Positions 63,964 through 64,000 of a stretch of DNA of 64,000 bases are shown in pieces. The position numbers and the translations under genes were made by a program. The notes under the pieces are model-generated. The model was not told the origin of the DNA. It was given only the letters and a program-made list of their open reading frames with translations, and searched no databases. The stretch spans positions 30,132,001-30,196,000 of the forward strand of contig OZ024761.1 in the NCBI GenBank assembly GCA_964016885.1. The letters are read 5' to 3'. Positions within the stretch are counted from its first letter, which is position 1. Each line of letters begins with the position of its first letter. Source of the stretch: Eledone cirrhosa (Eukaryota).

Positions 63964-64000
63964 CCACAAAAAACAAAGAAAAGAATCCCCAGTCACTGAA

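Overview
This is non-genic, repeat-saturated eukaryotic DNA. The SINE/LINE repertoire resembles an octopod cephalopod (inferred from recalled repeat motifs, not a database search). A large share of the window is (TA)n-based microsatellite, and almost all ORFs in the track are translations of simple repeats. Recognisable content: decayed non-LTR retrotransposons (RTE, two CR1/L2-like, two R4/Dong-like, CRE-like, Tx1-like 3' ends), about 12 copies of a tRNA-derived SINE, a Helentron-like non-autonomous element, several minisatellites, a 200-N gap and one intact orphan coiled-coil ORF (33048-33764). The main hidden structure is about 15 type I hammerhead ribozyme motifs (CTGAnGA-stem II-GAAA-short, usually palindromic stem III-NUH) from at least seven sequence groups. 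Most sit in short foldback elements inserted in (TA)n, the layout of Penelope-like pseudo-LTRs and retrozymes. In five of these families the short inverted arm stops 0-10 nt before a shared ACTC...GAG(T) hairpin in the 3' tail. All coordinates were read by eye and may be off by a few bases.
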